In this document: piece after piece, positions 47,504-56,408 of the stretch
Numbering within the stretch: the first letter of the stretch is position 1
How the letters are laid out: each line of letters begins with the position of its first letter
Source of the DNA: Candidatus Chewarchaeum aethiopicum
GTDB lineage: Archaea; Halobacteriota; Halobacteria; Halobacteriales; Hikarchaeaceae
Direction: 5' to 3'
Assembly (NCBI GenBank): GCA_034190395.1
Contig: JAXINS010000022.1
Span: 42,260 to 106,259, forward strand
DNA: 64,000 nt
Made by a program: the position numbers and the translations under genes
Notes under the pieces: model-generated
Databases searched by the model: none
What the model saw: only the letters and a program-made list of their open reading frames with translations
What the model was told of the DNA's origin: nothing

Positions 47504-48421
47504 CTCTTCGTCGAGCAGATCGAGGAACTGTTCGGGGTGTTCGTCGTGGGGAAGCAACCGGCTCCGATCGAAGACGACCAGCCGGCCATCCGATGCTTCG
47601 GCTAACTCTTCGCCGACCGACAGCGGTGTGATATCGGCATCCCGTCCCCAGACCAGCGTCACCGGCACGTCGAGTTCCCGTAGTGTCGTCTCTAAGTTCA
47701 GGTCCGGATCGAGGTAGCCGCTGATAAATGAGGCCGGTGCAAACCGGGCGCCGGGTTGATGGCTTGTCTGCCACTGATATTCGAGTCGCTCGGGATCGTA
47801 GGCCGCCATGTCCGCGTAGCCGTGATCGGCGTTGAAATACCGGATCGACGGTTTACTGACCAGCACATTAAAGAGCGTCTGCCCGACGACCGGCAGCCGG
47901 AACAGTGATCGAACCAGCGGTCGGCGGCCAGGCATCGACGTGGCGGTCGGACAGACCATGACGAGCTTCTCGAAGGCGTCCGTTCGTGTCTGTGCGGCGG
48001 CGGCGTAAGCACCGCTCAGCGAGGACGTCACGCCGATCGGGTCATCGGCGATCTCCGTGACGAAGTCCATGATGAAGTCGATGTAATGGTCCGCGGTGTA
48101 CGTCAACGCCGGGCGATCCGAACAACCAAACCCGGGGAGGTCAGGCGCGATCACGTGGTAGTCCCGGGAGAGTTCCTCGAAGATCGCCACGAATTCATTG
48201 CTTGAGGAGGCTGCACTGATCCCGTGGAGCAACACCACATCCGGCGCCGTGGGATCGCCCGCTTCGGTGTAGGCGATATCCATCCCGCGCCAGCGGTAGG
48301 TGTACTGGATTCCCGGCAACGGCGGTTCGAGATCATCGGCGAGCGTCGAGAGAAGCGCATTCCCGGCGGCGGCCAGTCCTGCCGTCCCGATGGCGCCGCC
48401 GACCAACTTACGGAGCTTCAT
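47483..48421 (-). CDS. Alpha/beta fold hydrolase
   Basis: VLLHG, APDLPGFG.S, SSLS nucleophile elbow, WG..A and LPH.E.P motifs. Confidence 0.88.
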   Translation of the reverse strand: MKLRKLVGGAIGTAGLAAAGNALLSTLADDLEPPLPGIQYTYRWRGMDIAYTEAGDPTAPDVVLLHGISAASSSNEFVAIFEELSRDYHVIAPDLPGFGCSDRPALTYTADHYIDFIMDFVTEIADDPIGVTSSLSGAYAAAAQTRTDAFEKLVMVCPTATSMPGRRPLVRSLFRLPVVGQTLFNVLVSKPSIRYFNADHGYADMAAYDPERLEYQWQTSHQPGARFAPASFISGYLDPDLNLETTLRELDVPVTLVWGRDADITPLSVGEELAEASDGRLVVFDRSRLLPHDEHPEQFLDLLDEELVRPEH

Positions 48422-48475
48422 ATCGGTCGGTAAGCCTGCCAGCAGTAAACCCGTTACGTGCTCGGGGCGACCCGA

Positions 48476-49558
48476 TCAGACCGACTCCTGGCCCGGTTCC
48501 CGTGGTCGGTCCCGTTCCTGATCCTGGCTGTCCTCGAGACACTCGACGACCGGTTCGAGCAGCCCATCGACGATCCGGTAGGGATCGGCATCGCCACGCT
48601 GGACCGCCGTGACGAACTCCTCGATCCCGCCCTGGCGGTCGAGCTCGTGTTTCATCAGCCGGGCGGCTTCCTCACGCAACAGCGTTCGGATCTCCTCGGC
48701 ATAGCGGGTCCGTTCTTTTCGATCGTAGAGGCCGGTCTCATCGAGGAACTGTCGGTGATCGGCGAACGCAGCCAATAGCTCGTCGATCCCCGTTCCGTCC
48801 TTGGCGATCGTCTCGACGATCGCCGGTTCCCAGTCCGGAGCGGACGCACCGTCGGCGGTTCCTGTAGCGTTCTCGCCGACACCACCGAGTAAGTGACTCC
48901 CGATCCGGCCGTCGCTTTCCTGGATCATCTCCCGGAGTGCCTGGACCGTCCGGTCGACACCGTCGAGATCGGCCTTGTTGACGACGAAGACATCGCCGAT
49001 CTCGAGGATGCCCGCCTTGAGCATCTGGATCGCGTCGCCGCTTTCGGGTGGGACCAGGACGGCGACCGTATCGGCGGTCTTGACGACGTCGATCTCGTTT
49101 TGGCCCGCACCGACGGTTTCGATGAGGATCTTGTCCTTGCCGAAGGCATCGAGGGCCTTGACCGCGTCCGTCGTTGCCGTCGAGAGTCCCCCGAGACTCC
49201 CGCGGGTGCTCATCGATCGGACGAACACGTCCATATCGCCGACCGTCGAAGCCATCCGTACGCGGTCGCCGAGAACCGCACCGCCGGTGAACGGCGAGGA
49301 GGGATCGACCGCGATCACGCCGACGGTCAATCCCTGGTCCCGGTATACCTTCGCGAGTTTGTCGACGAGCGTCGATTTCCCGGCGCCCGGACTCCCGGTG
49401 ACGCCGATAACGTCGGCATGGCCCGTATGGCTGTACAGTGCCGATACCAAGTCACGGTAGCCCGCCGATCGATCCTCGATCTTCGTGATCACGCGGGCCA
49501 GTGCTCGGTGGTTGCCCGCCAGCAGCTCCTCGATCAGTTCCTCGTCGGCGTGGCTCAT
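48476..49558 (-). CDS. meaB: Methylmalonyl-CoA mutase-associated GTPase MeaB
   Basis: G.TG.PGAGKST, AVDPSSP.TGG..LGDR.RM, ETVG.GQ and NKAD motifs; real start MSHADEE. Confidence 0.93.
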   Translation of the reverse strand: MSHADEELIEELLAGNHRALARVITKIEDRSAGYRDLVSALYSHTGHADVIGVTGSPGAGKSTLVDKLAKVYRDQGLTVGVIAVDPSSPFTGGAVLGDRVRMASTVGDMDVFVRSMSTRGSLGGLSTATTDAVKALDAFGKDKILIETVGAGQNEIDVVKTADTVAVLVPPESGDAIQMLKAGILEIGDVFVVNKADLDGVDRTVQALREMIQESDGRIGSHLLGGVGENATGTADGASAPDWEPAIVETIAKDGTGIDELLAAFADHRQFLDETGLYDRKERTRYAEEIRTLLREEAARLMKHELDRQGGIEEFVTAVQRGDADPYRIVDGLLEPVVECLEDSQDQERDRPREPGQESV

Positions 49559-49983
49559 TCTCGCCTCGGCGCGTGCCTGCGAACGAATTCGATGGTGTCC
49601 TCGATCGACGTCCCGGGGCCGAAGATCTCGGCGACGCCCTGTTCTTTGAGCGACTCTTTGTCCTCCTCGGGAATCACGCCGCCCACCAACACGAGCGTGT
49701 CCTCGAAGGCGCCGTACTCCTCTAATCCGTCGATGATCTTGGGGACGAGCGTGTTGTGCGCGCCCGAGAGAATCGAGATGCCAAGGACATCGACGTCCTC
49801 CTGAACGGTGGCTTGGACGATCTCCTCGGGCCGGTTGTGCAGCCCCGAGTAGATGACTTCGAAGCCGGCGTCCCGGAAGGCACGGGAGATGACGTGGGCG
49901 CCCCGGTCGTGACCGTCGAGGCCAACCTTCGCGATCAGACACCGAATCGCCCGATCCCGTTGGGCGGGTGACTCGACGCTCAC
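49555..49983 (-). CDS. Methylmalonyl-CoA mutase small (cobalamin-binding) subunit
   Basis: K.GLDGHDRG, S.LSGAH, GG.IP and F.PGT motifs. Confidence 0.93.
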   Translation of the reverse strand: MSVESPAQRDRAIRCLIAKVGLDGHDRGAHVISRAFRDAGFEVIYSGLHNRPEEIVQATVQEDVDVLGISILSGAHNTLVPKIIDGLEEYGAFEDTLVLVGGVIPEEDKESLKEQGVAEIFGPGTSIEDTIEFVRRHAPRRE

Positions 49984-50140
49984 GCCCGCTCACCACGATT
50001 AGGCCTGTAGCCGGGCGTCGGCGTGTCGATCGATACCATACTACTCCTTTGCCGTGCCGAGGTTTGGTTCTAACGGAACCACGGGGACTCGCCGGGTGAA
50101 AGCGAGGCTTCCATGTGCCGTCGGTCCCAACCCCACATCG

Positions 50141-50770
50141 ATGAGTGTCTCCGCTGTGCGACCGGCCCGGGACCACCCGATCGCGGTCACGGTCGTGTTG
50201 TCGGTCATCGGCTACAGCCTCGTTATCGGGACCTTCCTTGGCGTCGTGCCACGGGCGCTCTTTCCGGATCTCTCCCTGTGGGCGGTCAACCGTATTGCCG
50301 ATGCGATCGCGGTGATCAATACCGTTACCGTCGGTGCCCTCGCGTTCGGCTGGTACTCGATCCGTCAGGATCGCGTTCGGCGCCACCGCATCTCGATGAT
50401 GACGGCGTTTGGATTGATCATGCTGTTTCTCGTCCTCTATTTGCTCAAGATCGGCGGAGGCGGGACCAAGGAGTTCGTCGGCCCGACTCTGCCGTATTAT
50501 TTTTACTTGGCGATGCTCGCGATCCACATCATTCTCTCGATCGTCTCGGTTCCGGTCGTCGTCTATCAGGTCGTCACCGGGATCTCGTACTCGACGGCGG
50601 AACTTCGTCGATCCAATCACGCCCGTGTCGGGCGAATCGCCGCCACGGCCTGGATCGTGTCGTTGACGCTCGGCGTGTTCGCCTACCTGTTATTGAACCA
50701 CGTCTACGGTTGGCGGTTTATCGAGGCTGGGGCGGCCCTGATTTTGGTTGGCGTGCCGGCCGAATCCTGA
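50141..50770 (+). CDS. DUF420 membrane protein
   Basis: A.IN, H...M..AF, FL..Y, HI.L and H...GR motifs. Confidence 0.8.
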   Translation: MSVSAVRPARDHPIAVTVVLSVIGYSLVIGTFLGVVPRALFPDLSLWAVNRIADAIAVINTVTVGALAFGWYSIRQDRVRRHRISMMTAFGLIMLFLVLYLLKIGGGGTKEFVGPTLPYYFYLAMLAIHIILSIVSVPVVVYQVVTGISYSTAELRRSNHARVGRIAATAWIVSLTLGVFAYLLLNHVYGWRFIEAGAALILVGVPAES

Positions 50771-50811
50771 CCGGGGTTTCCTCGAACGCCGATCGCGGGA
50801 CCGACGACGGC

Positions 50812-51585
50812 TCAATCCGTCCGTGGTATCGCCCGTGCCCCCGCGATAAAGAAGCCGATCGCAAGGATGGCGAGGATTGCCAGCGTTCCGCCCGGTGTCT
50901 CGAAGAACGTTGGGGCTCCCCCTGTTGCCGTTTTCGTAGTCACGACACGCACCCCGCGGGCGAAGTACGTCAACGGCGAGAGCGCGATCAACGGCCGAAA
51001 CCACGAGGGTAGCAGCGTCGGCGGGACGAACGTCTCTGAGAGAAATATCAACGGCAGAGCGATTCCGTTGCTTGCCGCGATGACACCGTCCTGGGATTCG
51101 GCGAGCCATCCGAGCAACGCGCCGACGCCACAGAAGACCGTCACAGCCGCCACGATAAACGGGATAATCAACGGCGACAACCGGATCGCCGCGTCAGTGA
51201 TCACGAGGATCAATCCGAGGATAATGAGACACGCAAGCCCGATGATCAGGACGTTGACGACGGTATGGGCCGCGAGCCACTCACGCCGGCTGAGCGGCGT
51301 CGTCGCGAGCTTCTCGAAACGGTTGCCGTCCCGGTAGCGCGCTACCGTGCTCCCGATTCGGGACAGCGGCGTGAACAACACAACGACTGCTAAATAACCC
51401 GGGACGTAGTAGGCGGTCGGCTCCGTGAACAGGCCACCGGAGTCACCGCCGGTCTGGATCAACGCGCCGAAGATCACGATCAACAAGACCGGAAAAAAGA
51501 AGGTGAAAAATACCGCCGTTCGACGGCGGAGAAACGATCGGGTTGCCACGATGGCTTCCGAGCGGATCCGGCCAAGGCGGCTCAT
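50812..51585 (-). CDS. ABC-2 type transporter permease
   Basis: FFTF.FP, L..TP and FLS..F.P...LP.W...P motifs; six TM helices. Confidence 0.9.
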   Translation of the reverse strand: MSRLGRIRSEAIVATRSFLRRRTAVFFTFFFPVLLIVIFGALIQTGGDSGGLFTEPTAYYVPGYLAVVVLFTPLSRIGSTVARYRDGNRFEKLATTPLSRREWLAAHTVVNVLIIGLACLIILGLILVITDAAIRLSPLIIPFIVAAVTVFCGVGALLGWLAESQDGVIAASNGIALPLIFLSETFVPPTLLPSWFRPLIALSPLTYFARGVRVVTTKTATGGAPTFFETPGGTLAILAILAIGFFIAGARAIPRTD

Positions 51586-52541
51586 CGCGATTTACTCCCC
51601 CGTTGTGTCACCGCGGCCGTCTCGCCTTCGGCACCGATCTGTTTGCCCGTCAGTTCGAGATAGACGTCCTCGAGATCCGGCTCGGTCCAGTGTAATCCCT
51701 CGAAGGGAATCTCCTGGTCGTCGAGCAGACGGACGATATCGCCGATGTCGGTGGCAGTGATCCCGACGAAGATGAGTTCGCCGTCGACCGTCCGTGGAGC
51801 GTATGGCGTCGACTCGAAGGCAGCCGGATCGGCGTCGGTTTCGACCCGGAGTCGGCTGTCACCGCCGTGGGTTTCGATGAGTTCGGTCGGCGTGTCCACC
51901 GCCACCAGATTCCCGTCAGCCAGCAACCCGACGCGGTCGGCGAGATGCTCGGCCTCGGCCATATTGTGGGTCGTCAACAGGACCGTCGTCCCAGCGGCCG
52001 CAAGGTCCTCGATGACCGACCAGAGCGCCTGTCGGCCGGCCGGATCGATGCCGGTCGTCGGTTCGTCGAGAAACAGCAACTCGGGGTCGTTCACGAGCGC
52101 AATAGCCACGCAGGTCCGGCGTTGTTGTCCGCCGGAGAGATTCTCATACCGGGTTTTCCGGGCGTCTTCGAGCCCGACTTCGGTGAGCGCATCGGTCGGT
52201 GATCGGCTCTCCTCGAACAGCCCGCCGTAATACTCGACGAGCTCCCGGGGTGTCAATCGACTCGGCGGGTCGAACGACTGGGGCAGCAGGCCGATCCGCT
52301 GTTTGTCCACCGCCGTCGGGGTCGCGTCCAACACCTCGACAGCGCCGGAATCAGGGACGGCCGTGCCGGTCACACAGCGCACGAACGTCGTCTTGCCGGC
52401 GCCGTTTGGACCGATCAGCGCGAACACCTCCCCTGACGCCACCGACATCGAGACACCATCGAGTGCGACCGTTCCGTCGTACGTTTTGGTCACCGCCTCG
52501 GCCCGCAGGGTCGTGCCGGCCCCGTCGCCGACTGTCTCCAT
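51582..52541 (-). CDS. ABC transporter ATP-binding protein
   Basis: GPNGAGKTT, LSGGQ, LFLDEPT and TTH motifs. Confidence 0.93.
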   Translation of the reverse strand: METVGDGAGTTLRAEAVTKTYDGTVALDGVSMSVASGEVFALIGPNGAGKTTFVRCVTGTAVPDSGAVEVLDATPTAVDKQRIGLLPQSFDPPSRLTPRELVEYYGGLFEESRSPTDALTEVGLEDARKTRYENLSGGQQRRTCVAIALVNDPELLFLDEPTTGIDPAGRQALWSVIEDLAAAGTTVLLTTHNMAEAEHLADRVGLLADGNLVAVDTPTELIETHGGDSRLRVETDADPAAFESTPYAPRTVDGELIFVGITATDIGDIVRLLDDQEIPFEGLHWTEPDLEDVYLELTGKQIGAEGETAAVTQRGSKSR

Positions 52542-52617
52542 AGCAAGGAGCTCCAGTCGCCCGGAAATAGACCTTCGGATTCGTGCTGTGGCCGACCGAT
52601 TGCCGGATGATGGCTCC

Positions 52618-53295
52618 TCAATCGAACGGCCGCCAATAGAGCAATCCGACCGCCGAAAGGAAAACCAGCGTCGAAAGACCGTAGGGTTGTTCCATCGCCA
52701 CGGCGGCGATCGCCGAGGTGCCCCCGAACGCGCCGGCGAGGACCGTCCCCAACACGGGCCAGGTACAGCTGACACACGAGAAGAGCCCGACAATGCCGGT
52801 CACCACCGATCCGGCAGTATCGAGCAACAACGCATAGATGAGATACGCAAGCGACAGATAGCCGATCAGTTTGAACGGGATGGCGTTGATCTGGACGAGG
52901 GGTCCGTTATACAGCACCGCTGGTCCCCAGCCCGGCGGCAGGGTCGTCGTCACGATCCGGAGCCCGGTGCCGTGGCTGTGGCCGTGGAACAGATGCCCCG
53001 GTGCGAGCAGCCCGCCCGCCCACGATAGCACGAGGAAATATCCACCGGCCAAGAGAAGTCCGATATAACGATATTTGGGCGCTGTCGGCGCGGGCGTCGC
53101 TCGGACGATCGCCCAGATCCCGACGTTGATCCAGATGAACGGATACACCAGAAAGCGCGGCTGGGTAATGGTGACGTCCGCGATGAAGAGATAGCCCAGG
53201 ACGGCGAGCAGTTCGATATTGAGCGCCAGCGCCCACCAGAGGATCGTCGTGCGTTGAGGGCGCCATTTGGGGAGTCGGGAGTCGAGCGTTCTCAT
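52618..53295 (-). CDS. Conserved haloarchaeal membrane protein with CxxC
   Basis: YPFIWIN, PPGWGP and GLFSCVSC motifs. Confidence 0.75.
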   Translation of the reverse strand: MRTLDSRLPKWRPQRTTILWWALALNIELLAVLGYLFIADVTITQPRFLVYPFIWINVGIWAIVRATPAPTAPKYRYIGLLLAGGYFLVLSWAGGLLAPGHLFHGHSHGTGLRIVTTTLPPGWGPAVLYNGPLVQINAIPFKLIGYLSLAYLIYALLLDTAGSVVTGIVGLFSCVSCTWPVLGTVLAGAFGGTSAIAAVAMEQPYGLSTLVFLSAVGLLYWRPFD

Positions 53296-53298
53296 GGA

Positions 53299-54723
53299 TT
53301 ACACCGCCAGCATGTCGATGACGATCACGAGCAAAAGAGCCCCGAGGTACGCGTTCGAGGCGTGAAACGCCCGGAAGGCGGCCCGCGTCGAGCGGTCGTG
53401 ATGGAGTCGGACGACCGCCCAGAGGAAGACCGCCCCAAAGGCGACGCCGGTTACTGCCGTCGGGACGCCAAGCGGACTCACCGCGGCCAGCAGTGTCGTT
53501 GCCACCAGCGTCGCGCCGAGATACCACAGAATGTGTTTCCGGGTCGTCGCGTCCCCCCGGACCACCGGCATCATCGGGAACCCGCCGCGTTCGTAGTCTT
53601 CCTTGTACGCTAACGCGAGGTTATAGAAGTGTGCCGGCGTCCACAGGAAGATCACGGTCGCGAGCAACAGCGCCGGTGTGCCGATCGTCCTCGTCGCCGC
53701 GGCCGCTCCGATCAATGCCGGAAACGAGCCCGCAAGTCCCCCGATAACCGTGTTCTGGACGGTATTGGGTTTCAATACCAGCGTGTAGATCACGCTGTAA
53801 TAGAGAATCGCCGCCAGCCCGAGCGCGGCAGCCAGGACGTTGATCGAGAGGAAGACGGCTACGGAGGCGGTTGCCAGCATGATGCCAAAGGCCGTTGCGT
53901 TGCGGACGCCGACCTCGTCGGTCGCGAGGGGTCGGTCAGCAGTGCGTTGCATCCGGCGGTCAATATCCCGTTCCAGCAGGTGATTGAACGTCCCGCTTGC
54001 CCCGATCGCGAGAACGCCACCGACCATCGTAGCCACGACCGTCGAGACGGTGAGCGCTTCCCCGGCCGCCAGCGCCATCGCGGCCGCGGCGACCAAACAC
54101 AGCAACCACATCAGTCGTGGTTTCATGAGCCGTCCATAGGCGCTGAGCCGTCGGATCAGCCTCGATCGTGTCGCGGTCGTGGTCGCGGTGTTCTGTGATT
54201 CCGATGAAGCAGGGGTCGCGTTCGTCGTTGGGGTCGGTTCCGGTTTTGGGGTCGTTGGATCCGGATCAGCCGCCTCGTCCGGTTCGAGTGTCCAGGCCAG
54301 CGCTCCCAACAGACACCCAAACAGACCCATCCCGGCGACCAGATGAAGGAACGCGACGGGGGTTGCTGCGCCGGTGATGGCCGTCATTGCTCCGATTCCG
54401 ATCTGGATCGGATATAACACGAGAGCGCCGAGCAACGCAGCCTGGACCCGCCGTTGGTCGGTCGCCCGGACGCCGGTAACGACGGCTGCGATCAATATGA
54501 TCCCGACGACGGCCGCGATCAGGCGATGCCCCCACGCGATCGCCAGCCGTGGCTCATCCAGCGGGATGATCCACCGTCCCCCACACGTCGGCCACGTTTG
54601 GCATGTCGTGATAGCGTCGGTGATCGCCGTTGTTGCCCCGGCCATCAGGAGGACGTACACCCCAATCGTCGCGCCCGCCAGAAGCCACCCACGCTGCGTG
54701 ACGGAGGATTCGCCACGAAACAT
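53299..54723 (-). CDS. ctaB: Heme o synthase (protoheme IX farnesyltransferase) with an N-terminal CtaA-like domain
   Basis: N-terminal C..WP.C and HR; L.KPR, D..M.RT..RP, WTP.HF and DY...G.PM motifs. Confidence 0.9.
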   Translation of the reverse strand: MFRGESSVTQRGWLLAGATIGVYVLLMAGATTAITDAITTCQTWPTCGGRWIIPLDEPRLAIAWGHRLIAAVVGIILIAAVVTGVRATDQRRVQAALLGALVLYPIQIGIGAMTAITGAATPVAFLHLVAGMGLFGCLLGALAWTLEPDEAADPDPTTPKPEPTPTTNATPASSESQNTATTTATRSRLIRRLSAYGRLMKPRLMWLLCLVAAAAMALAAGEALTVSTVVATMVGGVLAIGASGTFNHLLERDIDRRMQRTADRPLATDEVGVRNATAFGIMLATASVAVFLSINVLAAALGLAAILYYSVIYTLVLKPNTVQNTVIGGLAGSFPALIGAAAATRTIGTPALLLATVIFLWTPAHFYNLALAYKEDYERGGFPMMPVVRGDATTRKHILWYLGATLVATTLLAAVSPLGVPTAVTGVAFGAVFLWAVVRLHHDRSTRAAFRAFHASNAYLGALLLVIVIDMLAV

Positions 54724-54940
54724 CTAGAGTGAGGCTTTACTCCCCGGCTATTTAGACGCCGCGACTCACGTGTTCGGGTCACCCACTTCGTCCGATTCTG
54801 ATCCGGTTTCTCCGTGGTGGTCGTCCTGAGTTGTCTCACCACCCGTGGTTGCGCCCGATAGTCGCGTATTCGACCGCCGCTGTCCGATTGAACGAACGAT
54901 GCGGTTAAAACCCCTGACCACGAAAGGTGACCGAACGATC

Positions 54941-55135
54941 ATGGCGACCGGTACGGTAGACTTCTTCCACGACGAGAAGGGTTACGGCTTTATCGCGACT
55001 GAGGATTCCGACGACGACGTGTTCTTCCACATGGAGGACGTCGGTGGCCCCGATCTCGAAGAGGGCCAGGAAGTCGAATTCGACATCGAGCAGGCCGATA
55101 AAGGCCCGCGCGCGGTCAACGTCACGCGGCTGTAG
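54941..55135 (+). CDS. Cold-shock protein
   Basis: G.V.FF...KGYGFI, DVFFH and KGPRA.N motifs; TTAAAA box upstream. Confidence 0.95.
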   Translation: MATGTVDFFHDEKGYGFIATEDSDDDVFFHMEDVGGPDLEEGQEVEFDIEQADKGPRAVNVTRL

Positions 55136-55235
55136 CCGGCGGCGTACACCCGTCTTCGCCCGTTGTCGCTCGTACCTGAGCGACGAGCCGCGGGTGAGCC
55201 GGCGGCTTATTATCCCGGCGATCCACAGGGTGAGT

Positions 55236-55670
55236 ATGCCGGAGATCACGGTTAACGACGAGCAACTCGCGTATCTCGACCGTCTCAGCGACGAGCTCGC
55301 CGCCGAGCATGCCGGACCGTACAGCACGGTTAGTCGGCGGGACGCACTGCAGTATTTGATCGACAGCTACGAAGGCGATCTTGAGGGGTCCGGTATCGAT
55401 GCTGACGCTGATGCTGCCGAGGATTCAGCCGCTGACTCGGCGTCGGCGTCCGCTGCGGACGGGGATGGAGAGGGCGATGACGATGCAGCGACACCCGACG
55501 ATGAGGAAGACCGGCTCAACGCGATGATGAACCTCCTCGAAACTCACGACGACAAGTGGGAGGAAGCCGAGGGCGAGGACGGCCGTTACGCCGTCGAACT
55601 CCCCGACGGTGAGGTCGAACACGTCCGGACGAAAGACGACGTCCGTGCCGTGCTCTTCAAGAATTACTAA
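55236..55670 (+). CDS. Hypothetical protein: RHH-like N-terminus, acidic linker, unannotated C-terminal domain
   Basis: MPEITV(beta)-helix-GPY-helix; D/A/G-rich linker; C-terminal HDDKWE...RY.V.LPDG...VRAVL..Y; TTATTA box about 25 nt upstream. Confidence 0.8.
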   Translation: MPEITVNDEQLAYLDRLSDELAAEHAGPYSTVSRRDALQYLIDSYEGDLEGSGIDADADAAEDSAADSASASAADGDGEGDDDAATPDDEEDRLNAMMNLLETHDDKWEEAEGEDGRYAVELPDGEVEHVRTKDDVRAVLFKNY

Positions 55671-55672
55671 GC

Positions 55673-56194
55673 ATGTCGCTGTTGGCCAGATTTCGACAGT
55701 GGGTTCGCTCGCTTTTCGGCGCCAGCGAGGCCGACTCCGAGACGACGACTTCCGAGACGGACACCGCGACAGCCCAGCCGGACTACGTCTGTGCCGTCTG
55801 TGGGACGTCCGTCGACACCCCGGAAACGTCCTGTCCGCTCTGTAAATCGACCGACATCCGGCCGGCCGACGGGGACGACGAGAGCGATCCGTCGACGACC
55901 GGCGGACTGGGGCCTGCCACCGCTCGGGAAACCCGGATGGCCGACGATACCGGCGCGGCCTCGAAACTCCAGGAACTAAAAGCGGGCGGCGGGGATCCGC
56001 TTGATCGCCATGCCGATCGGTGGGAGCGACTCGATTCCGGGGAACGCTATCGGGTGACCCTGGCCGACGATTCGGTCAGACACGTCGACTCAAAGGAGCA
56101 AGTCCGTGCTGTGCTGTTACGATCCTACGGTCACGACAGCGAAAACGAGGACAACGGAAACGGAGACGGGGACAGGGACAGAAACGAGCGCTGA
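55673..56194 (+). CDS. Hypothetical protein: amphipathic N-terminal helix, zinc ribbon, same C-terminal domain as the upstream gene
   Basis: MSLLARFRQWVRSLFG; CAVC...CPLC; HADRWE...RY.V.L.D...VRAVL..Y; starts 2 nt after the upstream stop. Confidence 0.78.
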   Translation: MSLLARFRQWVRSLFGASEADSETTTSETDTATAQPDYVCAVCGTSVDTPETSCPLCKSTDIRPADGDDESDPSTTGGLGPATARETRMADDTGAASKLQELKAGGGDPLDRHADRWERLDSGERYRVTLADDSVRHVDSKEQVRAVLLRSYGHDSENEDNGNGDGDRDRNER

Positions 56195-56408
56195 TCGGCC
56201 GACCCACGGTATCCGTTCGCTTGCCGTGATTGTTCATCCTTCTGGGTTCGATTCTCTCCACCGTACCTGCTTTTCCGATCATATCACTGCCGTCGGCGGC
56301 CGCCCACGCTTGCGAGGACCTGGTTTTGAGATGGTGTCGGCCGTGAGGATGTGGTTAAGTATTATACGAATGGCAGCGGAATTTTCGCCTGAACCGGGTT
56401 GATACACC

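Noticed and set aside
49559-50620. Apparent 714-aa MeaB fusion
   Set aside because: The extension is an Arg-rich out-of-frame read across the mutase small subunit and DUF420 genes; MeaB starts at 49558.
56140-56190. Hexamer-like repeats (GGAAAC/GGAGAC/GGGGAC)
   Set aside because: A short degenerate run encoding a low-complexity protein tail; no evidence of function.
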